DNA of 64,000 nucleotides from a virus. The notes under the pieces are model-generated. The model did no database searches, was not told the origin of the DNA, and saw nothing but the letters and a program-made list of their open reading frames with translations. Positions 28,982 to 39,168 of this stretch are shown here, in pieces. The stretch spans positions 8,771 through 72,770 of IMG/VR virus record IMGVR_UViG_3300022666_000049, one strand, 5' to 3'. Numbering within the stretch: position 1 is the stretch's first letter; the number at the start of each line of letters is the position of its first letter. A program made the translations under genes and the position numbers.

Positions 28982-30202
28982 TTATCTTATTTTTCTAGCT
29001 ATAAACGAATAGCTTTCTTTAACTGCTTCTCCACCAACAACAATTGGGAGACTCTCTCCAATAATAGAAACATCCTCTAAGACGACGTGATTCATTCCAT
29101 TTATATTTATAAAGATAGTAAACGCTGGCATGTCTTCTGGTCGTCTTTTTACATTTTTCCCAGTAGCTTCAAGCTCTTTTAAATCGCTCCAAGATCCTTG
29201 TTCATCATTCAGTTGTTTTCTTACTTTTTCTAGTTCTTCTAGTAAAGTTTTTTTCTTCTGCTGATGATCTGTAAATTCCTGCTTAACTCTTTTCGTATCC
29301 TCTTCTGCATTTACTACTGTTTCATCTGCACCACTACTGACCGTTTTGCTATCATCCTCTTGATAAACAAGATTAAGCTGAGATTCTTGATATTCTATTC
29401 TTGAAAATGCAACATCTTTTATTTCTGGATTATCTTCAAAAAAGCTATCTGCTCCTGTTACTAGTGCTTCAGATATCTGTATATATTTATCTTTCTCTTC
29501 CGACACTTTCATTTGAAGACTTAGTATTTTGCTTTCAACAAGGTCTGGGTCATCTCCCACATTCATCTGTGATGCTTCAGCTAATTTTTGTTCATAGCTT
29601 TTTACTATAGCTAATTGTTCTTCTTGTAGCCTATTTATGTTTTTCTCTATACTTTGATAATCATTATATATTCTTTTTTGCTCGTCTGTTAAGCTTGTAT
29701 ATTTGGCGTTATATGTATCTTCTTTTTCTTTTAAAATTTCTTTTGATATATCTATCTTCCTGGAAGCTTGCATTTTTGTATATTCTGCAAGTGCCTTTGC
29801 AGCCTTTTCAGACTCTTCCTGTTGCTTAACTCTATTTTTTAGTTCTTTATCATTCTTTTGTGCGGCCCTATAGTCTCTTAGAATTTTAAGATATTTACCA
29901 TTTAACTCTTTTATTCTAGACATTCTGGCAGTAGAGCTAGAAACACTAGAACCTGTAAATCCTAACTTATTTAGTACATGAAATAAATATTTATCATGCC
30001 TATAGTTTATGGTAAATGATCCATGAATGATAACATTGCCACCAGCTAGATGATCAAAATATTTTGAGTTATATCCATATATAGGCTCTTTTGTTTCTCT
30101 ATATGCATATTGCAAATCATATATATCATCTATTAAAATACCACCAAAGTATATTTTGGCATTAGATGAGTTAACATATGTTAGATCAGGTTTTTCTGCC
30201 AT
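28982..30202 (-). CDS. Tail tube paralogue (tube initiator-like) with long coiled-coil insertion (406 aa)
   Basis: SSNAKIYFG..IDDIYDLQY..RETKEPIYGY...GNVIIHGSFTINY and C-terminal MPAFTIFI...LEDVSI...YSFIARKI share the pattern of the 208-aa tube; central K/E/Q-rich helical region. Confidence 0.6.
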   Translation of the reverse strand: MAEKPDLTYVNSSNAKIYFGGILIDDIYDLQYAYRETKEPIYGYNSKYFDHLAGGNVIIHGSFTINYRHDKYLFHVLNKLGFTGSSVSSSTARMSRIKELNGKYLKILRDYRAAQKNDKELKNRVKQQEESEKAAKALAEYTKMQASRKIDISKEILKEKEDTYNAKYTSLTDEQKRIYNDYQSIEKNINRLQEEQLAIVKSYEQKLAEASQMNVGDDPDLVESKILSLQMKVSEEKDKYIQISEALVTGADSFFEDNPEIKDVAFSRIEYQESQLNLVYQEDDSKTVSSGADETVVNAEEDTKRVKQEFTDHQQKKKTLLEELEKVRKQLNDEQGSWSDLKELEATGKNVKRRPEDMPAFTIFININGMNHVVLEDVSIIGESLPIVVGGEAVKESYSFIARKIR

Positions 30203-30214
30203 TTAAATCTCCTT

Positions 30215-31525
30215 TTAATACTCGTCATAATAAGCATCATCACTGCTTATTTCAAGATCATCCTTATTTAACTGATCGCTTATGTCATCTAAAACTTGTG
30301 TGCCAGTTATCTCATAGCTTATATTGAACTGAGAGTTAAGTATACCATTTATAAACATTTCGTCTATAGATGTTAGTGAAGATATAACTGTTTGATTATT
30401 TGTAAATGTAGCTAATGGAACTATGTCTAATGCTGTAAAAGTAATTTTATTTATAGCATTTGGTTGCTGTGTTCCCTGATATTGGTTTTCATCTATTACA
30501 GAAACGTTTTTTATGAATAGCTTACTAAATACTCCTGTTTCATTTACACCCATAACTAATATATGAAATGGAGGTAAGGCATCTAATAATTGTACTTTTT
30601 CTCTGGTATTTAAAAATTTCTGATAATATTGTTTGAACCCTTCCCATTCATCAAGCTTCTCTTTATAGTCATCATAATTTTCCATATTGAGATCTTTATC
30701 AAAAAACTCGTCAAATTTGGAATCTATCTGACTAATCCTATTTGCTATAATTCCACGTAAATAAGCTAGCACATCATCTGAAAATATAGTACATGCCATA
30801 CTTCCTGTAATGGTTCGAATACCACTTAGTATAGCTTGTGGGTTTATATGACCTAATGATCTTACTGGGAACTTTTCTCTAATTATACTATAGCTTATAG
30901 ATAGAACGTTATCTAATTCTATTATAAAGAAATCATTCTTTTGAAGTTCTCTAGGGAGAGATAGGTTGCCATCTTCTACGGAAGGGTAAGACATTACAAA
31001 GAATACCGATAGGTCTGCTCCACCTATAACATCTTTTAGGGCTAGTGTTGGATTTGCTGGAGTTTTTACAATATCCGAATATGGAGTTATTTTTACAGGA
31101 GCTTCATACTCTCTAGATATAGTATATGCCTCACCGATTTCTGCACTTCTATTTGGGGAAGGTATGTCAAATCCGAATATAGATTTTGCGACACTTGTTA
31201 TCCCATCGTAAATTTCTGAAGCTGCATTTTGTACATATGTGACAATGCTTCCATCTTCTGCTGCTGTTCCTGGTTCTTTAAATCTCTCAACCCCATTAGA
31301 AACATTTACTATAGACTGTGCGCCTGATGTAAGCTGTGCTTCACTTTGCTCTACAGCATTTGTTTGGATATATGAAACTACTTTGTCTTGTGTGTTTTGT
31401 GTAATGGTTGTAGGGCTAGAAACCGCTATATTCTTTCGCTCTATTGCTCCATTATCTAGAACAACCTTTGTTGCGAATATGGGGGATGTATCTGTTCCTA
31501 TTTTACGGACACTTACTTGTGACAT
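30215..31525 (-). CDS. Tail tube paralogue (436 aa)
   Basis: GGADLSV, ISYSIIREKFPVRSLG...GIRTITGSM, LPPFHILVMGVNETG...IKNVSVIDE parallel the major tube motifs. Confidence 0.6.
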   Translation of the reverse strand: MSQVSVRKIGTDTSPIFATKVVLDNGAIERKNIAVSSPTTITQNTQDKVVSYIQTNAVEQSEAQLTSGAQSIVNVSNGVERFKEPGTAAEDGSIVTYVQNAASEIYDGITSVAKSIFGFDIPSPNRSAEIGEAYTISREYEAPVKITPYSDIVKTPANPTLALKDVIGGADLSVFFVMSYPSVEDGNLSLPRELQKNDFFIIELDNVLSISYSIIREKFPVRSLGHINPQAILSGIRTITGSMACTIFSDDVLAYLRGIIANRISQIDSKFDEFFDKDLNMENYDDYKEKLDEWEGFKQYYQKFLNTREKVQLLDALPPFHILVMGVNETGVFSKLFIKNVSVIDENQYQGTQQPNAINKITFTALDIVPLATFTNNQTVISSLTSIDEMFINGILNSQFNISYEITGTQVLDDISDQLNKDDLEISSDDAYYDEY

Positions 31526-31539
31526 AAATTCTCCATAAT

Positions 31540-31565
31540 AAAAAAGCCCGAATATAATTCGGGCT
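31540..31565 (-). terminator. Rho-independent terminator after the major tail tube gene
   Basis: AGCCCGAAT-ATA-ATTCGGGCT (31545-31565) followed by a T-run on the minus strand (A-run 31540-31545). Confidence 0.8.
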
Positions 31566-31602
31566 ATTTGATATAATTGTTATGCAATTTGTTAATTACT
31601 TA

Positions 31603-32229
31603 TTAAAATAGCTTTTGCATCCTAGACGAAGCAGTAGCCACGAATGTATATTTCTGTTCAATGTTAAGTTCATCGATAGAAATTCCAAGTCCGTTGTTTA
31701 GAATAGTAACGCCGTAGACACGGAATCCCATCTTTTCACCCTGCTCGTTTACGCCTACAACAGTAATGTTGAAAGGTGGAATTTGGTCAACATAGAAAGG
31801 TTTGGCAGATTGCCATAAATCACTCTGAGCAATATTAGCTGCAGCACCAGCAGTAGTAGCGCCACCAGCACTAGAAATCTCAGGAGTACGTGACCTATCT
31901 GCTGTAGAACCATTCATCTGAAGAACAACTTCATCCTTACGAATCCAAATTTCTTGTTTCCTAGGATCCTTCTGAACTGAATCGATATATTCAAGAAGAG
32001 CATCATATCCTAGCTGTGCTAATACGAAAGAACCACCAATACCCCTCTTCCCTTTAGGTATAGCTATAGGAGATTTTCTACCCATTACATATAATGGGCC
32101 GGCCTCTCTGTTAATGCCTATCGTGAAGGACATGCACTCTCCGATATATTCGTCACCAAAGATGATGGCAACATCAGCACCGGAAAATACAGTAGAGAGG
32201 CCAGTTTGAGAATTAAATAGTTGCGACAT
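31603..32229 (-). CDS. Major tail tube protein (208 aa)
   Basis: FSGADV, REAGPLYVMGRKSPIAIPKGKRGIGGS, QIPPFNITVVGVNEQG...IYGVTILNNG-type motif; directly after sheath; own SD GGAGG, upstream hairpin and downstream terminator. Confidence 0.75.
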   Translation of the reverse strand: MSQLFNSQTGLSTVFSGADVAIIFGDEYIGECMSFTIGINREAGPLYVMGRKSPIAIPKGKRGIGGSFVLAQLGYDALLEYIDSVQKDPRKQEIWIRKDEVVLQMNGSTADRSRTPEISSAGGATTAGAAANIAQSDLWQSAKPFYVDQIPPFNITVVGVNEQGEKMGFRVYGVTILNNGLGISIDELNIEQKYTFVATASSRMQKLF

Positions 32230-32252
32230 TGTTTAACATCCTCCATAAGTTT

Positions 32253-32274
32253 TGGAGCGGTATTTCTACCGCTC
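32253..32274 (-). promoter_or_regulatory. GNRA-loop hairpin between sheath and tube genes
   Basis: Minus strand GGAGCGGTA-GAAA-TACCGCTCC, perfect 9-bp stem, no downstream U-tract in the coding direction. Confidence 0.6.
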
Positions 32275-32285
32275 CTCTATTTTTA

Positions 32286-34808
32286 TTATCGTGTATTTTT
32301 TTCATTCCTGTCAATAACTGCATTGATATCAACCTGAACAAGTTCGAGAGGTGGATTGATAGCGCAATTAAGAACAAGCTTACCCATTACCTTAGCAGCC
32401 TCTACAACCTCTAGGCTGAAACGGAAGCCATTTAGCATACCATTTGCGATGTCAGCAGTAAAGCTTTCAGCAAGTTTGGTTTTAGCAGCTTCGTAGTTAT
32501 AGGTATTGATTGGTTTGCCAATGAATCCTACAAGGATAGAACGCTTGTCTTCAATTACATACTTGACAGTTCTGGTAGTGGATAAGAGGTAGTAGCCAGA
32601 CTGATCTCTTGCAACTGAAGGATCATTGTTTACAACCCAGCCTAGTGCTTTTTCGCGAGTTGGAACAATATAACCAATACGGGCAAGATCGTTGTAAAGG
32701 GAACGAGAAACAATAGTTCCAATTGTTACGTTAGATCCGGTACCAATTTTCCTAAATGAAGCACCTTCGTTCTTAGGTAATCCAGCAAGCATACCTAGAG
32801 CGTAAATACCCATAGAGTCAATATAGGTAGTAGCAGAAGCTTGGTTGTTGAAGTTTAATAGACCTGCACCAACGCAACCAAATTTACCGAGGTCAATAAG
32901 CTTATCGGTATCATCCTTGATTGGAGAGCCATCTACATAACCCTGATCAGTAAGTAATAGACCAAAAGCAGGATCAGCAAAGTCACTTGCAGATGGATTG
33001 CTAAGATAGCAGCGATTATAGGTTTTGGAACCTGCTAAGATAGCATTGCCTAATAGACCAGTACCATTTTTGGTAACGGCTTCAATTGCCTCTGCATCAC
33101 CAGCTACGATCTTGTACTCAGGAAGTGAACCAATCCAAGAAACAAGCTGTGCTCTGGTAGGAGTAGATGCAAAAGGAACAGTTACGTTCATGCCAAATAA
33201 TGGAGTGTTATATCCAACGGTAGCATCATTACAGAATTTACCAATTAGATAACCAAAATGGGCAGTGTAATAACCTGGGAGCTTTGTGTTAGACCAAGAG
33301 AACTCAATATGGTCACCAAGATCTGTTTCTTTTACGAAACCAAGACCTAGTTCGAAGCTTTCGGTTTTAGTCCAAGTATTTGTAACTAGTGTTGTCTCAG
33401 CGGTAAATACACCAGTAGAAATCTTAACTGAGTCATTCGCTATATAAGAGCTATCGATAGCAGATGCAAATACTAGTTTTGCAGGATCATTTGCATCAAC
33501 GGTATAAGCGTAGTAGTTTATAGTAACACCGTGAGTTAACTTAACATAGCCCTTAGAAGGGATGCGAGTTAGTGGTACGGCAGAAACGTCAGGCTCTACG
33601 ATGATAGAGAGTTTATCACCAGCAACAGATGCAATATTGAAGGTTGGTAAATCAAGGGTAAGTACAAAGTCAGAGCCAGAAGCGGTGACTGCAGTATATT
33701 TAACCTTTGCTTCATTGGTTGCATCGTCAAGAGTAACTTCACCAGTTGCAGGCCATTCAGCAGCAGCATCAACAGTAACAGTAGTAGAGGTGTTAGTAGT
33801 ATTAGCTTTTAGCTGAGTGGTTTCAATATACTCTCTAGCGTAAGTTTCGGTTGCATCAAAAGGTACGCAAGGAATGATATAGTCAGGTGTATACATTTCT
33901 ACATCAAGTAAGGCATTGCGTAGTTTTTCATACTTCTCACGATTGGTGAGGTCTAGTTCAGAATCACCAGCAGTAAGGATAGATCCAACAACACCTACTT
34001 CAGCGGAATCAGTATAAGCATAAGCAGTACTGTTGGTTCCAGTAAAGGTGAAGGTTCCAGTTGTTTTATCTAGAGTATAAGGAAGGAACTCACGATAGGT
34101 TACAGCACCTTTAACTTCAGTGATAACTAATGTACCAGTTAATGGGTAAAGGGTTACATCATCTGCAGTAGTAAATACTGTAGATCCAACTGGAACACCA
34201 GAAGCTGGAGGAGTTAACCAAGCAGCGCCTTTATATACGATATCTTCATTTACTAATTGAGCGATTGTTACAGGGGTTTCAAGAGGATCGTTGTCGATAT
34301 CTACACCGTAAATTTTACCACTTTCACCGGTAGGTAACTCAAGAACTTCAAAATAGTCTGTATCAATATCATTTGCTGAGTCATAAACGACTAGCTTGTT
34401 AGAGTCCCAAATTTTGACTTTTGCACTTTCTGCAGAACTATCATCAACATAGATGTAAAATGCATCCTCAAGTCCAGTATATGCATCATTGGACTCAAGA
34501 ACTAATCCATAAGAAGTAGTTAAAGCAGTTTTAATGCCACCAATCCTCATTGTTACGTAAACAATATTTTGAGCCTTGGGGGAATCGTCAAAACCATCTT
34601 TAAATTGAAATAATCCTTTAGTTAAAGGATTTTCAGTGCCATATAGAGCAATTGCGTTATCTGGTGATTTAAGCTGAATAGGAGCACTTGGTCCTTTTGT
34701 AGCTTGACCGATAACAACAGCAATTTCTCCGGTTACTTCCCTCTTGGTGATGTCATCGCCTAGAAAGACGGAAACGCCAGAGAGATATCTAGTTGCCACT
34801 TTAAACAT
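32286..34808 (-). CDS. Tail sheath protein (840 aa)
   Basis: AVVIGQATKGP N-terminal motif; C-terminal LARIGYIV, LLSTTRTVKYV, FIGKP, INPPLELVQV sheath domain; precedes tube. Confidence 0.85.
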   Translation of the reverse strand: MFKVATRYLSGVSVFLGDDITKREVTGEIAVVIGQATKGPSAPIQLKSPDNAIALYGTENPLTKGLFQFKDGFDDSPKAQNIVYVTMRIGGIKTALTTSYGLVLESNDAYTGLEDAFYIYVDDSSAESAKVKIWDSNKLVVYDSANDIDTDYFEVLELPTGESGKIYGVDIDNDPLETPVTIAQLVNEDIVYKGAAWLTPPASGVPVGSTVFTTADDVTLYPLTGTLVITEVKGAVTYREFLPYTLDKTTGTFTFTGTNSTAYAYTDSAEVGVVGSILTAGDSELDLTNREKYEKLRNALLDVEMYTPDYIIPCVPFDATETYAREYIETTQLKANTTNTSTTVTVDAAAEWPATGEVTLDDATNEAKVKYTAVTASGSDFVLTLDLPTFNIASVAGDKLSIIVEPDVSAVPLTRIPSKGYVKLTHGVTINYYAYTVDANDPAKLVFASAIDSSYIANDSVKISTGVFTAETTLVTNTWTKTESFELGLGFVKETDLGDHIEFSWSNTKLPGYYTAHFGYLIGKFCNDATVGYNTPLFGMNVTVPFASTPTRAQLVSWIGSLPEYKIVAGDAEAIEAVTKNGTGLLGNAILAGSKTYNRCYLSNPSASDFADPAFGLLLTDQGYVDGSPIKDDTDKLIDLGKFGCVGAGLLNFNNQASATTYIDSMGIYALGMLAGLPKNEGASFRKIGTGSNVTIGTIVSRSLYNDLARIGYIVPTREKALGWVVNNDPSVARDQSGYYLLSTTRTVKYVIEDKRSILVGFIGKPINTYNYEAAKTKLAESFTADIANGMLNGFRFSLEVVEAAKVMGKLVLNCAINPPLELVQVDINAVIDRNEKNTR

Positions 34809-34829
34809 TATTAATATCCTCCATAATCA

Positions 34830-35543
34830 TTATGTGTCCAAACCAATTTGGACAACTACCTGTTCTAAATTCTTTTCTCTTAATTCTTTTACTTCAGCTA
34901 TTCTTAATTGGTATTTCTCGGTTTTAAACTTTGCGATATTTTTAGCGTCCCAGGTTTCTTCTTCATAACTTTCTACCCACACTAACTCCCTAAGACCTTT
35001 ATGCTTGAAATACCATGTGTTTGTATCTATAACTTCTCTCAATATCTTAGCTCTTTCTCGTATATCCTGGAAGTAGCTTCCCCACACTTTAAATGTTATG
35101 TCTACTTGGATATCTTGAATTGATCTAAGTATCGAGTATCCTGTATATTCTGGATCATCATAAACACAGTTATATCTCTTCTTTATATTTCTTATGCCTT
35201 CTCCGCCAACTGTATGCGAAGATATGACAGCAGGACACTCTTTTGCTAGATAGGTTATAACTCTGATATCTCGCTGAGTTGCATCTGTTATAGATGTATC
35301 TCCTGTGTCATTGTTTAGTTTTGCCAAGATTTCTTTTGGAAAATCTTCAGCAAACACTAACTGTTTATTCTCTGGTATAGAGAATGTTTTATTATAAATT
35401 CCATTAGCTTCTATAAGAAGTTTAATGAATTCATTTACAGATGTAACAATACCCTCTTTTTGTATATCTTCCTTTACTACAAAAGAAGCATTGGTCCTCT
35501 GTACTATTTCGTTAAATACGCCTTGTGCTAAAGTTGTTTTCAT
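34830..35543 (-). CDS. Putative tail terminator / neck protein (237 aa)
   Basis: Synteny between head-tail genes and sheath; ITFKVWG...RERA motif. Confidence 0.5.
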   Translation of the reverse strand: MKTTLAQGVFNEIVQRTNASFVVKEDIQKEGIVTSVNEFIKLLIEANGIYNKTFSIPENKQLVFAEDFPKEILAKLNNDTGDTSITDATQRDIRVITYLAKECPAVISSHTVGGEGIRNIKKRYNCVYDDPEYTGYSILRSIQDIQVDITFKVWGSYFQDIRERAKILREVIDTNTWYFKHKGLRELVWVESYEEETWDAKNIAKFKTEKYQLRIAEVKELREKNLEQVVVQIGLDT

Positions 35544-35567
35544 AATTGGTCTATTTGTTATTAACGA

Positions 35568-36029
35568 TTAGACATTTAATGGTTTGGCTAATATCTTAAT
35601 GAATTCGCTTTTTCCAAAATCTAGGTTCATGGGAGGGCGATCCGTAATCTGCCACTTCCTTGTCCTTCTTAATGGCTTAACTAGTTGACCCTCTCCTTTT
35701 GTTGCTAAGGTAAATATAAAATCGTTAATACTTATTTTGTTTGTATTTTCATTATAAGGCAAGTATGCAGTTATAGCGTTGCTATAAGATCTTCCATAAT
35801 CAAAGTCTTGTGAATGAGATACAATTTGACTATCAATAAGAAACAATTTACATTTCTGTACAAACTCTGTGAATATCCATCCTGATCCATCACAATTATT
35901 ACAGGATGGATCAGGAGTGTTACTCTCTTTTCTCCAGCAAAAACATTTAATATCTGTTAGATGTCTAACGATAACATAATCATAATAGTCGCGTATAATA
36001 TTTTTGAGTTCTTCTCGTAAATTTATCAT
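35568..36029 (-). CDS. Putative head closure (stopper) protein with Cys cluster (153 aa)
   Basis: KCFCW...PDPSCNNCDGSGW (CxC...CxxCxGxG); position in neck cluster. Confidence 0.55.
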   Translation of the reverse strand: MINLREELKNIIRDYYDYVIVRHLTDIKCFCWRKESNTPDPSCNNCDGSGWIFTEFVQKCKLFLIDSQIVSHSQDFDYGRSYSNAITAYLPYNENTNKISINDFIFTLATKGEGQLVKPLRRTRKWQITDRPPMNLDFGKSEFIKILAKPLNV

Positions 36030-36030
36030 A

Positions 36031-37086
36031 TTAGAAAGATATTTCGTTTAGTCTAGTCATACTGGTTGGTGGTACTCTAAATATACTTCTGAAAGTTATT
36101 CCTCTTACTCCCCTTATCTCTACATCCTGTCCATCTATATTTATTACAGCAGTACTTGTTGTTGTATTTACCCAAGGATATGTATCATTTATCATCAACG
36201 AAGCTCTTGATACATTTGGTCTATTGGGATCATTTAGACCTTTAGTGAATAGCTTTGATATATATGGTGTATCTAAGCCACCAGCGTATATAATTTTTTC
36301 GTAAAACTCAATAAGGTCATCAAGTTTCTTTATTACAAACTCGGCCCCACCTGACTGTCTGCTTATCTTGAATGTATCAAGCTCTTTAGATTCAGCGTTG
36401 GTGTTTAATATTGGAATTAATACTAGCCTTGCAACACTTGCGTTAACAAATTCTCTAACCGCATTATTGTATGAATCTGCATAAGTTATAATTGTTGGCC
36501 TCATATGTAGGTCTACATATTTTGACCATTCAAGTATATCAGTTGCTATATCAAAATTAGATATAGATGCTAATTCGTTTTGAGCATATGATCTAACACT
36601 ATCTATGTTTCCATAAAATGGGGTAAGCTTAGTGGTTAGTTCTATATCGCAACTTTCTAAAACAGCACTATCTATATCCAATATTCCATCTAGATTTATT
36701 TCAATTTTACAATTATCTGGTGTTGGTACGTCTACAGAAGATCTTTTTATGAATATATCATAAGATAGAGCTGAATCCTGTATGTGCCATACATCTTTTA
36801 AATAAAATAAAGAAGGATCATAAATAGACTCATCTGCTCCACCTATATTGTATAGATCAGATAAATTGGTAGGGATTGTATATTCTGTAGCATATACATT
36901 ATCCTGAATTAATTCAGCAGATATAGTTGATATAATATTATTAAATATGTCAATTATATCTACAGATATAGTATCGCCTATTTGTGATGCAACTTCCTGA
37001 TCTATCTGTAAGATCAGGTCTAATGTTTCTCCGAGACTATATGTATTTTCTTGTACTATATCTAACTTAACTGACTGAATAGACAT
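36031..37086 (-). CDS. Putative head-tail adaptor (351 aa)
   Basis: TKLTPFYG...VR, ESKELDTFKISR pattern; synteny. Confidence 0.5.
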   Translation of the reverse strand: MSIQSVKLDIVQENTYSLGETLDLILQIDQEVASQIGDTISVDIIDIFNNIISTISAELIQDNVYATEYTIPTNLSDLYNIGGADESIYDPSLFYLKDVWHIQDSALSYDIFIKRSSVDVPTPDNCKIEINLDGILDIDSAVLESCDIELTTKLTPFYGNIDSVRSYAQNELASISNFDIATDILEWSKYVDLHMRPTIITYADSYNNAVREFVNASVARLVLIPILNTNAESKELDTFKISRQSGGAEFVIKKLDDLIEFYEKIIYAGGLDTPYISKLFTKGLNDPNRPNVSRASLMINDTYPWVNTTTSTAVINIDGQDVEIRGVRGITFRSIFRVPPTSMTRLNEISF

Positions 37087-37097
37087 TTATATATTCC

Positions 37098-37322
37098 TTA
37101 CTTCTTTTTCATTTTGCGAAAGGTTAAAGCTAAACGAGCCTGCCTTCCTGTTCTTCCATTGCCGGGATCGCCTTTTTTAAGCTTAGCTGCTTTTTTAAGC
37201 CATCCAGCCTTTATCTTTCCTTCTTTTGTCATACCACCAGCTTTTTTAGCTTTTGCTCTTAATGCTCCAGGTCGTTTCACGGCCTTTTGAATCCATTTGG
37301 TATCTTTTTTTTCTTTAGCCAT
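37098..37322 (-). CDS. Small, very basic Lys/Ala/Gly-rich protein (74 aa)
   Basis: MAKEKKDTKWIQKAVKRPGALRAKAKKAGG...; SD GAGGTG. Confidence 0.7.
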   Translation of the reverse strand: MAKEKKDTKWIQKAVKRPGALRAKAKKAGGMTKEGKIKAGWLKKAAKLKKGDPGNGRTGRQARLALTFRKMKKK

Positions 37323-37332
37323 TATTCACCTC

Positions 37333-38268
37333 TTATCCAGAAATAAGATATAGTTTGAGAATATTGCCATTTATCTTATATCTATATTTTAAGTCTTTTA
37401 TTCTACCTGTTAGAAGGTCTGTTCTTTGAATTGTTATTTTGTCTGTTAAATCTTGATCAGCTTTAATGTCTTTGTTAAATTTGATTGTTATAGGATTACA
37501 TGACATATTGTTAACACTATAGTTTTTAGGTATAGTATTGGTTATGCTAAGTGGAGATAAACTAGTAAAATCTGTATCATCTACTCTTTGAGATGTTGGT
37601 ATTGCTGTTACATATTTATTTGTAGTGAAACAAACTTTGTATAATGATGATATTCCTGAAGCCTTAAATACTGGGACAGATATAATATCTCCTATATCAA
37701 ATGCTCCAGTTAGCTTAATTGTAATATTCCCTAAGTCTACATCTATACCATCAGCAAAAGTAAATGTTCCTAAATATTCAATACCAAAAAGTAAATCAAA
37801 TGTATCTGTATCTGTTATAGTTATTTCATATTCACCATTGTCTGCGCCAACGTATGGGCTAGAAACAGCTAGAGTCCCTGTGCTTGACGCAACTCTTGTA
37901 TACACTGCATCAGCATAAGTCTCTGTAGACACATATCTTGATACATCATTTCCTGGGAAAACTGATACATAATATGTTCTATCTGGTAGTAATGATGCAG
38001 ATGGAGTTATTTCAATAACATTGCCACTAACTGCATATGTATACTGAACATTATAATAGTCGTCTGATACGCTTAATACATCACTATATTTTGTATCTAA
38101 AATGGAGAGGTCTGGACCAGACCAGACCCCATCTGAGGTAGTATAAACACTAATACCATTTATAATAGAAAATATATCTATTGGTTCATTAAACTCTATT
38201 GTTATCTTTTGGTCTATTGGTATATTTACACTATTATTTAATGGTAGTATTGAAGTTATTTCTAACAT
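37333..38268 (-). CDS. Ig-like (Big_5/SbsA-type) domain virion protein (311 aa)
   Basis: SILPLNNSVNIPIDQKITIEFNEPID...IEITPSASLLPDRTYYV and a second NTIPKNYSVN...PITIKFNKDI repeat. Confidence 0.7.
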   Translation of the reverse strand: MLEITSILPLNNSVNIPIDQKITIEFNEPIDIFSIINGISVYTTSDGVWSGPDLSILDTKYSDVLSVSDDYYNVQYTYAVSGNVIEITPSASLLPDRTYYVSVFPGNDVSRYVSTETYADAVYTRVASSTGTLAVSSPYVGADNGEYEITITDTDTFDLLFGIEYLGTFTFADGIDVDLGNITIKLTGAFDIGDIISVPVFKASGISSLYKVCFTTNKYVTAIPTSQRVDDTDFTSLSPLSITNTIPKNYSVNNMSCNPITIKFNKDIKADQDLTDKITIQRTDLLTGRIKDLKYRYKINGNILKLYLISG

Positions 38269-38277
38269 GTTTAGCCT

Positions 38278-38733
38278 TTATTTAAACAGTTCTATTGTTT
38301 TAAGGATACCTGTCCAATTCAAGAAGAATAATGCTAATATTCCTACAATTACCATTACTCCAAAGTTATCTGTTGCTGTCTTTATTCCTTTGTTTAGCCA
38401 TCCTAAGTGAGATGTAGAATTTTCCAAGCTTTTTATAGAGCTTGTGTTATCTGCAGTCTCATCTTTCATGTCCTTTATATTATTGCTTAAATCGTATATT
38501 GTTTGCTGAAAAGTTATAATATGGTCTTTCACGACCGTCAAATCTTTTATATTTTCTTTTATAATTCTTATATCAGAAATAGTATTGTTAATACCATCAA
38601 GAGAGCTTGCTATATTTCTATTATTTTCTTCTATAGCCTTCGTTATAGTTGTTAAATTTCCTAACTCTCTTTCGTGTCTCAATATCCTATCGGCTGGACC
38701 GCACGTTTCATCAATCATAACTACGTTGTTCAT
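38278..38733 (-). CDS. Coiled-coil protein with C-terminal TM helix (XhlA/holin-like); ATG at 38733
   Basis: Heptad-like RILRHERELGNL...LKDMKD and C-terminal FGVMVIVGILALFFLNW. Confidence 0.5.
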   Translation of the reverse strand: MNNVVMIDETCGPADRILRHERELGNLTTITKAIEENNRNIASSLDGINNTISDIRIIKENIKDLTVVKDHIITFQQTIYDLSNNIKDMKDETADNTSSIKSLENSTSHLGWLNKGIKTATDNFGVMVIVGILALFFLNWTGILKTIELFK

Positions 38734-38829
38734 AAGCAAGGTTCCTTCGGTTTTAGTAGTGTCCTTGCAGGAGCTAGGACGTTTTTATATGTATGTTACT
38801 AACTATAAATACATACATCACGATGCATA

Positions 38830-39168
38830 TTATAAAAGTCCGTTATATCCTTCATCTTTTTCAATTGAGTTTGAACAATGGTTTTTGCCAAACAAGAAAT
38901 CAACTATTTTTACAAAGAGTCTTCCAGCCTTTGACTCTGATTTTCCTAGTCTTGAGCTAATGGTTTCGTCGCAATCTCCAAGCCATATAGCATTCATCAT
39001 TTGGTCATATCCTAGATAATTGTTCATAATATATGTTCGGATATCTTTGCTATTAAAAACAAAATATAGAGGTAAGAAAATCAGTGTGAATAAAGTTAAT
39101 TGGAATATTTCTATTATCGTAAACATCAAACAATTTATAGCTGCCAATATATATAAAACTGTTTTCAT
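38830..39168 (-). CDS. Membrane protein with DETISSRLGK motif (112 aa)
   Basis: N-terminal hydrophobic segments; NAIWLGDCDETISSRLGK...HC motif recalled from small phage proteins. Confidence 0.5.
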   Translation of the reverse strand: MKTVLYILAAINCLMFTIIEIFQLTLFTLIFLPLYFVFNSKDIRTYIMNNYLGYDQMMNAIWLGDCDETISSRLGKSESKAGRLFVKIVDFLFGKNHCSNSIEKDEGYNGLL

